Shown here: positions 47,919 through 56,299 of the stretch, piece after piece | How the letters are laid out: each line of letters opens with the position of its first letter | Numbering within the stretch: the stretch's first letter is position 1 | Assembly (NCBI GenBank): GCA_965216945.1 | Contig: CBDCGU010000003.1 | Location: 2,440,382 to 2,504,381 of the forward strand | DNA length: 64,000 nt | Direction of reading: 5' to 3' | Origin: Acidimicrobiia bacterium | Lineage (GTDB): Bacteria > Actinomycetota > Acidimicrobiia > Spongiisociales > UBA5794 | The notes under the pieces: generated by a model | Told to the model about the DNA's origin: nothing | The model's input: the letters and a program-made list of their open reading frames with translations, nothing else | The model's database searches: none | Made by a program: the position numbers and the translations under genes

Positions 47919-48965
47919 GTGGCGCACGACACCGCACCGATCCGTCCTGAGGAAGCGTTCGACCACGACCGCGTCGCCGCGTATCTCCACGCCGAGTTGC
48001 CGGAACTGGTGGGTGGGCACACGATCGTCTTCGACCAGTTTCCTGGCGGTGCCGCCAACCTCACCTACCGGGCGATGGCGGGCGACGTCGAGCTGGTCCT
48101 GCGCCGGGCCCCGCTCGGTCCGGTGGCGGAAGGTGCGCACGACATGGAGCGGGAGCATCGTGTCCTGTCGCGGTTGTGGCGGGCATTTCCCAAAGCGCCT
48201 CGGGCCTACGCCTATTGCGAGGATCCGGATGTCATGGGCAAGCCGTTCTTCGTCATGGAACGGCGGCGGGGCTGGGTGATCCGTGCATCGTGGCCGCCTG
48301 AGTTCGGCGACGACGAGGGAGTACGCCGGACGCTTGCGATCAATGTCGTGCGGACGCTCGCCGAGCTTCACCAGGTGGATCCCGACGAGGTGGGTCTCGG
48401 CGACTTGGGTAGGCCGGACGGCTTCGTGCAGCGCCAGATCGAGGGTTGGGCACGGCGCTGGGACGCTGCCAAGACTCGGGACGTGGCGGCGATGGACGAG
48501 GCACGGAGGCTGCTGCAAACAGGCCTTCCGAAGCCACAGGCCGTCTCGATCCTCCACAACGACTACAAGCTCGACAACACGATGGTGTCGGGCGACGGCG
48601 AGGTCGTCGCGGTGTTCGACTGGGACATGGCGACGCGGGGCGATCCCCTCGTCGACCTCGGGACGTTGCTTGCGTATTGGGCCGAGCCGGACGGCCCCAC
48701 CTACCCCGTCTTCGGCGAGCAGGCGGTGACGCTGGCGCCCTACCTCACGAAGGACGAACTGGTGGAGCAGTACGCCGACGTCGCAGGTTTCGACGTCTCG
48801 GCCGTTCGCTACTACGAGGGACTGGCGCTGTACCGCATCGCGGTGATCATCGAGCAGATCTACGCCCGCTATGTAGCGGGGCAGACGTCCGACGCCCGCT
48901 TTGCTCGGTTCGAGCCGCTGGCGCCGTTGCTGGCGGGCGCAGCGGTGGACGTGCTGCGGTCCTGA
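47919..48965 (+). CDS. Phosphotransferase (APH/ACAD10-11 kinase-like) family protein
   Basis: FPGGAANLTY, and the catalytic loop ILHNDYKLDNTMV...VFDWDMATRGDPL. Confidence 0.85.
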   Translation: MAHDTAPIRPEEAFDHDRVAAYLHAELPELVGGHTIVFDQFPGGAANLTYRAMAGDVELVLRRAPLGPVAEGAHDMEREHRVLSRLWRAFPKAPRAYAYCEDPDVMGKPFFVMERRRGWVIRASWPPEFGDDEGVRRTLAINVVRTLAELHQVDPDEVGLGDLGRPDGFVQRQIEGWARRWDAAKTRDVAAMDEARRLLQTGLPKPQAVSILHNDYKLDNTMVSGDGEVVAVFDWDMATRGDPLVDLGTLLAYWAEPDGPTYPVFGEQAVTLAPYLTKDELVEQYADVAGFDVSAVRYYEGLALYRIAVIIEQIYARYVAGQTSDARFARFEPLAPLLAGAAVDVLRS

Positions 48966-48969
48966 TCGG

Positions 48970-49434
48970 TCAACTCACCTCGAGTTCGAGGAGCAGCAGG
49001 TGGCTGCTCTCCAACTCGACTTCGAAGATCCCGGGGATATCCGCCGTGAAACTGATCTCGGCGGGTGCGGTTGGGGCGACTTCGGCGAACAGGTCGTAGC
49101 CGTGCACGTGGACCTCGTCGGCGACATCGGTGTTGACCACGATTGTCACCTCGTCGCCACGGGCGACGGCGGGGCGTGCGGGACCATCGACCTCGCCGTT
49201 CTCCACCGTCACCTCGATGACGCCGGGTACGTCGGGCGGTGTGGTTGTCGGGAGTGCGGTCGTCGACGTCACCCGGGCGGTGGTGGTCGTCGCGGACGTC
49301 GTGGTCGTGGCCGACGTCTCTGTCGTGGACGCGGCAGGCGGTTGGGTCGTCGACGGCGCATCGGTCTCGGACGAGTCGCCGCATGCTGCCAATACCACGG
49401 CGATGACGACCGTGATCATGGGAAGTCGACGCAT
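48970..49434 (-). CDS. Lipoprotein with a Thr-rich linker and a cupredoxin-like domain
   Basis: Lipobox VLAAC, the linker TTETSATTTTSATTTT, and a C-terminal EVHVHGYD...FEVELE as recalled for cupredoxin_1-type domains. Confidence 0.6.
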   Translation of the reverse strand: MRRLPMITVVIAVVLAACGDSSETDAPSTTQPPAASTTETSATTTTSATTTTARVTSTTALPTTTPPDVPGVIEVTVENGEVDGPARPAVARGDEVTIVVNTDVADEVHVHGYDLFAEVAPTAPAEISFTADIPGIFEVELESSHLLLLELEVS

Positions 49435-49724
49435 GGATCCGAGGCTAGTGCTCCGTCTCAGAACCTTGGCGATGTTCAGGGCGAGTCAGGGGCGTTGTTG
49501 GCAAGGACGCAGGACGCAGGCGCATTCGTGCAATGCGTCAAGGACGAGGACGCCGCCAGCTGCGGTCCTGGCCGTCCTGAACGCGGCAAATGTTGTGTGA
49601 CGGGGCACTGGGTGCCATCGGAGAGCTATCGCTTCCTCCAACGATCTAGTCGCCGCTCCGAGTACGACCGGGAGCCAACGGCAAGGGGCCCCGGTGAGGA
49701 CGCACCCGCCACGGAAGTTGTCGA

Positions 49725-49752
49725 TTGACATTCGGCTCCTTGCGCGTAATGA
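49725..49752 (+). promoter_or_regulatory. Sigma-70-like promoter TTGACA-16 nt-TAATGA, probably giving a leaderless mRNA
   Basis: Consensus -35 at 49725..49730 and -10 at 49747..49752. ATG 49760 lies 7-8 nt downstream of the -10, and no Shine-Dalgarno sequence is present. Confidence 0.4.
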
Positions 49753-49759
49753 TGTAATC

Positions 49760-50296
49760 ATGAAAGCGCAGCGGTCCGCCAAGCCCGTCGACCCCGATGA
49801 GGTGAGCGACTGGTTCACCTCGCAGCTGCCCGAGGCATGGTCCGGCGAGCCGCCGGATGTCAGCGTCGACGGTGACGAGATCCTCGTGATGATCCGTATC
49901 GAAGACGCCGACCTGGCAGGCGACGCCAGTAGTGAAGAGCGATTGGCGGCCCGCAAGGCGCGGATCGGTCACTTCCGCGAGGAGACCCGTGGCAAGCGGA
50001 TGGAGATCGCCGCAGCCGCAGAGGTCCGCTTCGACCGCAAGGTGTCATGGGGCGTCCGCAGCGGTGAGGTCGGCGTGATCTTCACCCACCTCTCCATTCC
50101 GGCCATGACCCGTCTTCGCATCAGGGAGCGGATGGTCCTCGACACTCTGATCGACGCCGGCGTTGCCCGCAGCCGCTCCGATGCGCTGGCGTGGTGTGTG
50201 CGGCTCGTGGGGAAGAACCTCGACGAATGGCTACAAGATCTGCGCGAGGCGATGGTCCACGTCGAGGAGGTGCGCAAGCGCGGACCGGACGCATAG
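49760..50296 (+). CDS. Conserved hypothetical protein
   Basis: 178 aa from ATG 49760 within ORF 49694..50296: MKAQRSAKPVDPDEVSDWF.... No family recognised. Confidence 0.6.
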   Translation: MKAQRSAKPVDPDEVSDWFTSQLPEAWSGEPPDVSVDGDEILVMIRIEDADLAGDASSEERLAARKARIGHFREETRGKRMEIAAAAEVRFDRKVSWGVRSGEVGVIFTHLSIPAMTRLRIRERMVLDTLIDAGVARSRSDALAWCVRLVGKNLDEWLQDLREAMVHVEEVRKRGPDA

Positions 50297-50413
50297 GGAC
50301 TCCCCACCTTGCGGCTTCGCCCCGCTCGTCGCCCACTCCGGCGGCGGCTTGCCGTCGTAAGGGCGTTGGGGCTCTTGCGGTGGGTTGGGGTCGGGGGTAC
50401 ATTGGTCGGCGAC

Positions 50414-50482
50414 ATGCAGCGGCAGTACTTCTTTGCGTATTCCTTTGCCGGGCTTTCGGCCCGGGTCGAGGGAGCGCGCTGA
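50414..50482 (+). CDS. Candidate aromatic-amino-acid leader peptide (22 aa)
   Basis: MQRQYFFAYSFAGLSARVEGAR carries five Tyr/Phe codons within seven consecutive codons. It lies 28 nt upstream of an intrinsic terminator and 93 nt upstream of the DAHP synthase gene. Confidence 0.5.
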   Translation: MQRQYFFAYSFAGLSARVEGAR

Positions 50483-50509
50483 GTACGACCACCGCCACCG
50501 CACCACCAA

Positions 50510-50538
50510 CCCGAAGCCGAGAGCGGCTTCGGGTTTTT
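50510..50538 (+). terminator. Intrinsic terminator / attenuator CCCGAAGCCG-agag-CGGCTTCGGG-TTTTT
   Basis: Perfect 10-bp stem plus a T5 tract read directly. It lies inside a 5' leader, not after a gene. Confidence 0.65.
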
Positions 50539-50574
50539 GCATTCCTGGAGCCGCCGTCACTCCAGGAGACACCC

Positions 50575-51663
50575 GTGACCAGCGAGCAGCCAACCCCAGC
50601 CAGGTCCGAACCGGTGCTGAAGAGCCACCGGCGATCCGACGACGTCTCGACGACGATCGTGACCGTGGGAAACATCGTCTTCGGCGATGGCTCGTATCCC
50701 GTGATCGCCGGCCCCGTCGCCGTGGAGAGCGAGGAGCAGGTCGTCGGCGTCGCGAAGGGAATCGCCGAGGCCGGCGCCTCGATGTTGCGCGGCGGCACCT
50801 TTCGGGCAGAGAACTCTCCGTACAGCTTCCGTGGTCTCGGCCGTGAGGGACTGTGGTTTCTGGAGCATGCCGGCCGCGAGACGGGCCTCCCTGTGGTCAC
50901 CGAGGTCATCGAGCACAGCCACGTCGCCGAGGCCGCCCATCACGCCGACATGCTCGAAGTAGGTCCCGACAACATGCAGAACTTCTCCTTGTTGCGCGAT
51001 GTGGGCAAGGCGGGGAGGCCGGTGCTGCTCCATCGCGGGCCATCGGCCACGATCGACGAGTGGCTCATGGCCGCGGAGTACATCCTGGCGGAGGGCAACG
51101 AGCAGGTCGTTCTCTGTGAGCGTGGCAGCCGGACGTTCGATCCTCGCACCAGCGACACCCTCGACATCTCCGCCATCCCGGTGGTGCAGCGCATGTCACA
51201 TCTGCCCGTGATCATCGACCCCGCACCGACGAAGGGTGGCGAGGACCTCGTCGGCCCCCTGGCGCTGGCGGGCCGGTCCGTCGGGGCCGACGGGCTGAGC
51301 GTGCTGGTGCATTCCGACCCCATGCGATCGCGGGCCGGCAACGGTAGCCAGCTCGACCTCGCGGCGTTTGCCAGACTCATGGACCGGCTCGGCATCCCGT
51401 CGCTGCGCGACGAGATCGACCGCATCGACCGCGAGCTGGTGAGACTCGTCGCCCGCCGGCTCCACAGCTCCGTCGAGATCGCCAAGATCAAAGCGACCAG
51501 AGGGCTTGCCATGCGGTCGCCGGATCGTGAGGCTGAGCTGATCGAGGAGGCCAAGGACGATGCCCGCAAGTTGGGGATCGATCCCGGATACGTCGCCGAG
51601 CTGATGACCTTGGTTCTCGCCCACAGTCGGATCGCCCAGCAACGGGCACTGGCCGACGACTAG
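50575..51663 (+). CDS. 3-deoxy-7-phosphoheptulonate (DAHP) synthase, type I-beta, fused to a C-terminal chorismate mutase
   Basis: GTG 50575 follows AGGAG. The product has PVIAGPVAVESEEQ, MLRGGTFRAENSPYSFRGLG, LCERG and IIDP, then the AroQ-like LRDEIDRIDRELVRLVARRL...RSPDREAELI. Confidence 0.85.
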   Translation: MTSEQPTPARSEPVLKSHRRSDDVSTTIVTVGNIVFGDGSYPVIAGPVAVESEEQVVGVAKGIAEAGASMLRGGTFRAENSPYSFRGLGREGLWFLEHAGRETGLPVVTEVIEHSHVAEAAHHADMLEVGPDNMQNFSLLRDVGKAGRPVLLHRGPSATIDEWLMAAEYILAEGNEQVVLCERGSRTFDPRTSDTLDISAIPVVQRMSHLPVIIDPAPTKGGEDLVGPLALAGRSVGADGLSVLVHSDPMRSRAGNGSQLDLAAFARLMDRLGIPSLRDEIDRIDRELVRLVARRLHSSVEIAKIKATRGLAMRSPDREAELIEEAKDDARKLGIDPGYVAELMTLVLAHSRIAQQRALADD

Positions 51664-51757
51664 ACCAATAGTCGTTCTCCCGCAGCCGTCGGTTGCTGAA
51701 CGAGCTGTCCCGGAGCCCTGGACCGGCGCCCGTAGGAGCACGCCCTAACCTCCGCCC

Positions 51758-52390
51758 ATGGAGCCACATGTCGTTGTCGGAGACGACGGGGTCGCACGGT
51801 GCTGGTGGGGTGCTTCCACGCCGGACTACGTGCCCTACCACGACGATGAGTGGGGCCTGCCGGTCGACGACGATCATCTGCTCTTCGAGAAGCTGTGTCT
51901 CGAGGGGTTCCAGTCCGGGCTGTCGTGGCTGACCATCCTCCGCAAGCGGTCCGACTTCCGCCGAGTCTTCCACGACTTCGACTACGAGCGGGTCGCAGCC
52001 ATGGGCGTCGCGGATGTGGAGCGCCTGCTTCAGGATGCCTCGATCGTGAGACATCGTCGCAAGATCGAATCGACGATCAACAACGCCCGCAAGGCCATCG
52101 ATCTCGCAGACGAATATGGGTCGCTCGGTGCCTTCTTCTGGAAGTACGAACCGACGGTGGCGTCGCCGGCCCTCGCCAGCGAGAGTGCGGAGAGCTGGCA
52201 GATGGCCAAAGACCTGAAGCGGCGCGGATTCACGTTTGTGGGCCCGACGACGGCCTACGCCTTCATGCAGGCCATGGGCATCGTGAACGACCATCTCGAA
52301 GGGTGCGACGCCGCCGCTCGCTGCGAGCTGGCGCGGGCGGCGTTCGTGCGGCCGGCTGTCGCGCCGGGCGCAGGCGAGCGACCGGGCTGA
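51758..52390 (+). CDS. tag: DNA-3-methyladenine glycosylase I
   Basis: RCWWG...YHDDEWGLPV.DD..LFEKLCLEGFQSGLSWLTILRKR...FVGPTTAYAFMQAMG. Confidence 0.9.
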   Translation: MEPHVVVGDDGVARCWWGASTPDYVPYHDDEWGLPVDDDHLLFEKLCLEGFQSGLSWLTILRKRSDFRRVFHDFDYERVAAMGVADVERLLQDASIVRHRRKIESTINNARKAIDLADEYGSLGAFFWKYEPTVASPALASESAESWQMAKDLKRRGFTFVGPTTAYAFMQAMGIVNDHLEGCDAAARCELARAAFVRPAVAPGAGERPG

Positions 52391-52421
52391 TGGCCGATCG
52401 AGATCGGCTGAAGGGTCGAAC

Positions 52422-53420
52422 GTGAGCCGGGTGTTCATCTCGTACCTGCGCAACGACTCGGCCGCCGACACCGGCCGACTCCACGACACGCTGACCGGGT
52501 TGCTGGGCAGCGAAGTCCTGTTCAAGGACGTGGCGGATCTCGAGTTCGGCGACAGCTGGAAGCTGGCCGTCCACGAGGCACTGTCGGACTCCGTGGTGGT
52601 GCTCGTCGTCATGGGTCCTCAATGGCATCCCTCCCCGGCGATCCTGTTCGAGCTGGATGCAGCCCTCTCCAGCAACGTGAGGGTGGTTCCCGTGCTCGTG
52701 AGAGACGCACGGATCGAGGACGTCACCCGTGACCTGCCCGAGTCGCTGGAGCGCCTCCGTGATCAGCATGCGATCTCGCTCGACCACGATCGGTGGCATC
52801 GCGACTGCGAGCGACTGGCGGACTGGCTGAGGAGCGTCCTGGAGGATCCGCACAGCCCCAAGGTGCGGCTCGACGAACGCCCTGATGCGAACGAGCTGCT
52901 CGATCGTGAGCCATCGCCCGGCGACAGGGACGGGCTGTTGAGCCACGCCCGGGATCTGGCGGAGAGCCTGGACGATCCGAGCATCTGGGAGACAGCGAAG
53001 CAGCAACACGCCACGTTCTATGACGAGCTGCGCGCCGCGGGCTCGCTCTCTGCGAGGACGAAGCTTGCATCGACGGTCGAGGAGGCACGCCGCCGGCTGA
53101 GGGTGGAGCACTCGATCGGTGAGCTTCTGTCCCGGCGGCCTGCAGAGAAGGGAGCCGAGGGGGCCCTGTGCAGCTACGCCGGCCGGCTCGGCGAGTATCT
53201 CGACGACCCCGCCATCGCCCGGCGTGCCGCGCTCGAACTGGAGGATTTCGAGGAGCAGCTCAGCGAGATCTCGAGGACGCGAGGTGACAGCGGCAACCCA
53301 CGCGCCCCGCAGCTGGCATTGAACGAGATCGTCGACGACGCGATGGGCCGGCTCGCCGCCGAGCTTCCGGGCATCACGCGGCGGCATCCTCATCGGGAGT
53401 GGCCCGGGAACCCGGCATGA
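52422..53420 (+). CDS. TIR-domain protein with a C-terminal helical repeat domain
   Basis: N-terminal ~140 aa: RVFISYLRNDS...FKDVADLEFGDSW...SVVVLVVMGPQW...ILFELDAAL...VVPVLV, a bacterial TIR pattern with a candidate catalytic Glu. The C-terminus has two LxxxLDDPxI repeats. Confidence 0.7.
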   Translation: MSRVFISYLRNDSAADTGRLHDTLTGLLGSEVLFKDVADLEFGDSWKLAVHEALSDSVVVLVVMGPQWHPSPAILFELDAALSSNVRVVPVLVRDARIEDVTRDLPESLERLRDQHAISLDHDRWHRDCERLADWLRSVLEDPHSPKVRLDERPDANELLDREPSPGDRDGLLSHARDLAESLDDPSIWETAKQQHATFYDELRAAGSLSARTKLASTVEEARRRLRVEHSIGELLSRRPAEKGAEGALCSYAGRLGEYLDDPAIARRAALELEDFEEQLSEISRTRGDSGNPRAPQLALNEIVDDAMGRLAAELPGITRRHPHREWPGNPA

Positions 53421-53475
53421 TCACCGCAGCCCTCGCCTTCCGGCTAGCGGTTGTCGCCGTTCTAATCTCGCCTCC

Positions 53476-54735
53476 ATGACACCTGACGTCCTCGTCGTCG
53501 GCGGCGGGCCCGCCGGCGCCGCCACCGCCTACTGGCTCGCCCGTGACGGATTGTCCGTCCTGGTCGCCGAGAAGAAGAGCTATCCCCGCGCCAAGACCTG
53601 CGGCGACGGTCTCACGCCGCGTGCCATCAAGCAGCTCACCGACATGGGGTTCGACTTCGATGTGCCCGAGCTGCACAAGATCGTCGGGTTGCGCGCCTAC
53701 TCGGGTGAGCTGAAGTTGGAGCTGACGTGGCCCCAGCACTCCAGCTACCCCGATTGGGGTGCGGTGATGCGGCGTAGCGACCTCGACATGCAGGTTGCGT
53801 CACTGGCCGAGAAGCAGGGCGCCGTGATCCGGCAGCGCAACGAAGCCGTTGCGGTGGTCGAAGACGGTCGGCTGGTTGGTGTCGACCTCCGACAGAAGGA
53901 CGCCTCGGGCGTCGTCGACGCCGAACGGGTCACGCCCAAGATCGTCGTCATCGCCGACGGCTCGCTCTCACGGTTCGGACGAAAGCTCGGCACGGCGCGC
54001 CGCAAGGACTACCCCTACGGTTTGGCGGTTCGCGGCTATTTTGCCAGCCCGAACTCGACCGATGGATACATGGAGAGCCAGCTCGACATTCACGATGCCG
54101 AGGGCCGTTCGATGCCCGGCTACGGCTGGATCTTCCCGCTCGGCGACGGTGCCATCAATGTGGGGGTCGGCGTGCTGTCCACGTTCAAGAACTGGAAGGA
54201 CGTCAACACCTCGAAGACGCTGGCGGCCTACGTCGATGCGCTCCCACCCCACTGGCAGGTGACGGCGGACGAAGCGATCACGGAGCCCGTCGGAGGCAAA
54301 CTGCCGATGTCGTTCTCCGTCGGGCCCAAGGTCGGCCGCAACTGGCTGACCGTGGGTGATGCAGCCGGGGCAGTGAACCCGTTCAACGGTGAGGGCATCG
54401 ATTATGCCTACGAGACCGGGCGCATGGCCGCTCCCCACATCGCCGCAGCCGTCGCAACCGGTGACACGACCTTGCTGTGGCGCTACCGGCAGCAGCTCGA
54501 TGACGAGTACGCCGCCTACCACCGGGTGGCACGGGCCTTCGCCATCGCCATCGGGAACCCGCGGCTCATGCGGAGCCTCACCCGGATCGGCTTGCGTTCC
54601 CGGCCATTGATGGAGTGGGTGCTCAAGGTGATGGCGAACCTGCTCGAACCGGAGGAGCTCGGGATGGAAGAACGGATCTACCGGGCGGTGGAGAGAGTCG
54701 TGGCGCTCGGCCCCGAACCACTGGTGCGCAACTGA
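53476..54735 (+). CDS. Geranylgeranyl reductase family flavoprotein (MenJ-like)
   Basis: DVLVVGGGPAGAATAYWLA, KTCGDGLTPRA, GDAAGAVNPFNGEGI. Confidence 0.85.
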   Translation: MTPDVLVVGGGPAGAATAYWLARDGLSVLVAEKKSYPRAKTCGDGLTPRAIKQLTDMGFDFDVPELHKIVGLRAYSGELKLELTWPQHSSYPDWGAVMRRSDLDMQVASLAEKQGAVIRQRNEAVAVVEDGRLVGVDLRQKDASGVVDAERVTPKIVVIADGSLSRFGRKLGTARRKDYPYGLAVRGYFASPNSTDGYMESQLDIHDAEGRSMPGYGWIFPLGDGAINVGVGVLSTFKNWKDVNTSKTLAAYVDALPPHWQVTADEAITEPVGGKLPMSFSVGPKVGRNWLTVGDAAGAVNPFNGEGIDYAYETGRMAAPHIAAAVATGDTTLLWRYRQQLDDEYAAYHRVARAFAIAIGNPRLMRSLTRIGLRSRPLMEWVLKVMANLLEPEELGMEERIYRAVERVVALGPEPLVRN

Positions 54736-54783
54736 CCGATTGCCCTACGGCGCCCGACCGCCGCATGCCGTGGCGGATTGATT

Positions 54784-54811
54784 TTGGACCAACCGAGGTG
54801 GTTCCTAATCT
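54784..54811 (+). promoter_or_regulatory. Possible nuo promoter TTGGAC-16 nt-TAATCT
   Basis: Hexamers read directly 28-55 nt upstream of nuoA. GAGAGGAG is the RBS. Weak evidence only. Confidence 0.3.
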
Positions 54812-54838
54812 CCGATCCCGAGAGGAGCCGCCGCCACC

Positions 54839-55267
54839 ATGACGCTTGCCGACTACCTGCCGATCGCGCTGATGCTCATCCTCGCCATCGGTTTCGCCTC
54901 GCTCATGATGTTCATGTCGTGGAAGCTCGGCCCCAACAAGCCGACAGCCGAGAAGCTGGCTCCTTACGAGTGTGGGATCGTGCCGCTCCAGGAGCCGGTC
55001 GAGCGTTTTCCGGTCAAGTTCTACATCGTGGCGATGCTCTTCGTGATCTTCGACGTCGAGCTCGTGTTCCTGTTCGCCTGGGCGGTCCGCTTCGACGAGT
55101 TCGGATGGGCCGGCATCGGTGCGATGGCGATCTTCGTAGCACTGCTCGCCGAGACGCTCGTCTACGTCTGGAAGCGTGGCGCTCTCGATTGGAACGTGGC
55201 CCGCCGCGAGAGGAACCGCAGAGTGGTGGCTCCGCCGGAGCAGGAAATGGTGGAGGAAGCCGCCTGA
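54839..55267 (+). CDS. nuoA: NADH-quinone oxidoreductase subunit A
   Basis: 142 aa with three helices, KLAPYECG, and FDVELVFLF. Confidence 0.92.
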   Translation: MTLADYLPIALMLILAIGFASLMMFMSWKLGPNKPTAEKLAPYECGIVPLQEPVERFPVKFYIVAMLFVIFDVELVFLFAWAVRFDEFGWAGIGAMAIFVALLAETLVYVWKRGALDWNVARRERNRRVVAPPEQEMVEEAA

Positions 55268-55761
55268 TGGCGGGAGCAACCCAACCTCCGGGCTTCCTGC
55301 TCACGACGCTCAACAAGGGAGTCAACTGGGCACGCACCCGCTCGATGTGGCCGGCGACGTTCGGGCTGGCGTGCTGTGCCATCGAGATGATGGGCACCGG
55401 TGCCGCCCACTACGACCTCGCCCGGTTTGGCATGGAGGTCTTTCGCGCCTCGCCACGTCAAGCCGATCTGATGATCGTGGCCGGCCGTGTCTCCCAGAAG
55501 ATGGCGCCCGTGCTGCGCCAGGTCTACGACCAGATGGCTGAGCCCAAGTGGGTCATCTCGATGGGTGCGTGCGCATCGAGCGGAGGCATGTTCAACAACT
55601 ACGCACTGGTGCAAGGGGTCGACCAGGTTGTCCCCGTCGACATCTACGTGCCGGGGTGCCCCCCGGGACCGCAGTCCTTGATGCACGGCATCCTCACCCT
55701 CCAGGACAAGATCATGAAGGGCGAGATTCGGAGCGAGACCGGATTGACGCAGGCTTCGTGA
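55267..55761 (+). CDS. nuoB: NADH-quinone oxidoreductase subunit B
   Basis: [27 protein letters not shown]. The ATG overlaps the nuoA stop. Confidence 0.93.
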   Translation: MAGATQPPGFLLTTLNKGVNWARTRSMWPATFGLACCAIEMMGTGAAHYDLARFGMEVFRASPRQADLMIVAGRVSQKMAPVLRQVYDQMAEPKWVISMGACASSGGMFNNYALVQGVDQVVPVDIYVPGCPPGPQSLMHGILTLQDKIMKGEIRSETGLTQAS

Positions 55762-55762
55762 C

Positions 55763-56299
55763 ATGAGCGACAACGCCCCCGACACCGCACCGGACGAGCT
55801 CGCTCCTCTCGCCGACCGTGTCATCCCCGACGACCCCACCCTGGCAAGGCTGGCGGGGGAGTTCGGCCAAGTGGTGTTCGCTACGGAGGACGACACCGAC
55901 GTCGCCCATGTGCCGGCCACGGACGTGGCGGCGTTCGCCGCCGCCGTGCGGGCCGCCGGCTACGACGTGTTCATCGACCTGTGTGGCGTCGATTACCTCC
56001 GCCGCCACCCCCGCTACGAAGTGGTCATCAACCTGCTGTCCCATACGAAGCGGCGCCGGATGCGAATTCGGGTGGGCGTCGACGGGGCCAACCCCGAGGT
56101 GCCCAGCGTGAGCGAGGTGTTCGCCGGGGCCAACTTCTACGAGCGGGAGACGTACGACCTGTTCGGCATCCGTTTCATCGGTCATCCCGATCTCACCCGG
56201 ATCCTCCTCCCCGACGATTGGGAGGGCTTCCCGCTGCGCAAGGACTACTCGGTCGGCTCGGTGCCGGTCCAGTTCAAGGGATCTCACAAAGCGCCATGA
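55763..56299 (+). CDS. nuoC: NADH-quinone oxidoreductase subunit C
   Basis: FIDLCGVDYL, ANFYERETYDLFGI.F.GHPD, and the operon position. Confidence 0.9.
   Translation: MSDNAPDTAPDELAPLADRVIPDDPTLARLAGEFGQVVFATEDDTDVAHVPATDVAAFAAAVRAAGYDVFIDLCGVDYLRRHPRYEVVINLLSHTKRRRMRIRVGVDGANPEVPSVSEVFAGANFYERETYDLFGIRFIGHPDLTRILLPDDWEGFPLRKDYSVGSVPVQFKGSHKAP

Noticed and set aside
46377-48557. 726-aa minus-strand ORF (and the overlapping 251-aa ORFs)
   Set aside because: It is antisense to the Gfo/Idh/MocA and phosphotransferase genes, which have clear motifs. The composition is implausible for a protein.
52422-53420. Calling the TIR protein a Thoeris ThsB or part of another named defence system
   Set aside because: No ThsA (SIR2/Macro-SLOG) or other known partner is adjacent. 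The neighbours are housekeeping genes (tag, geranylgeranyl reductase, nuo).
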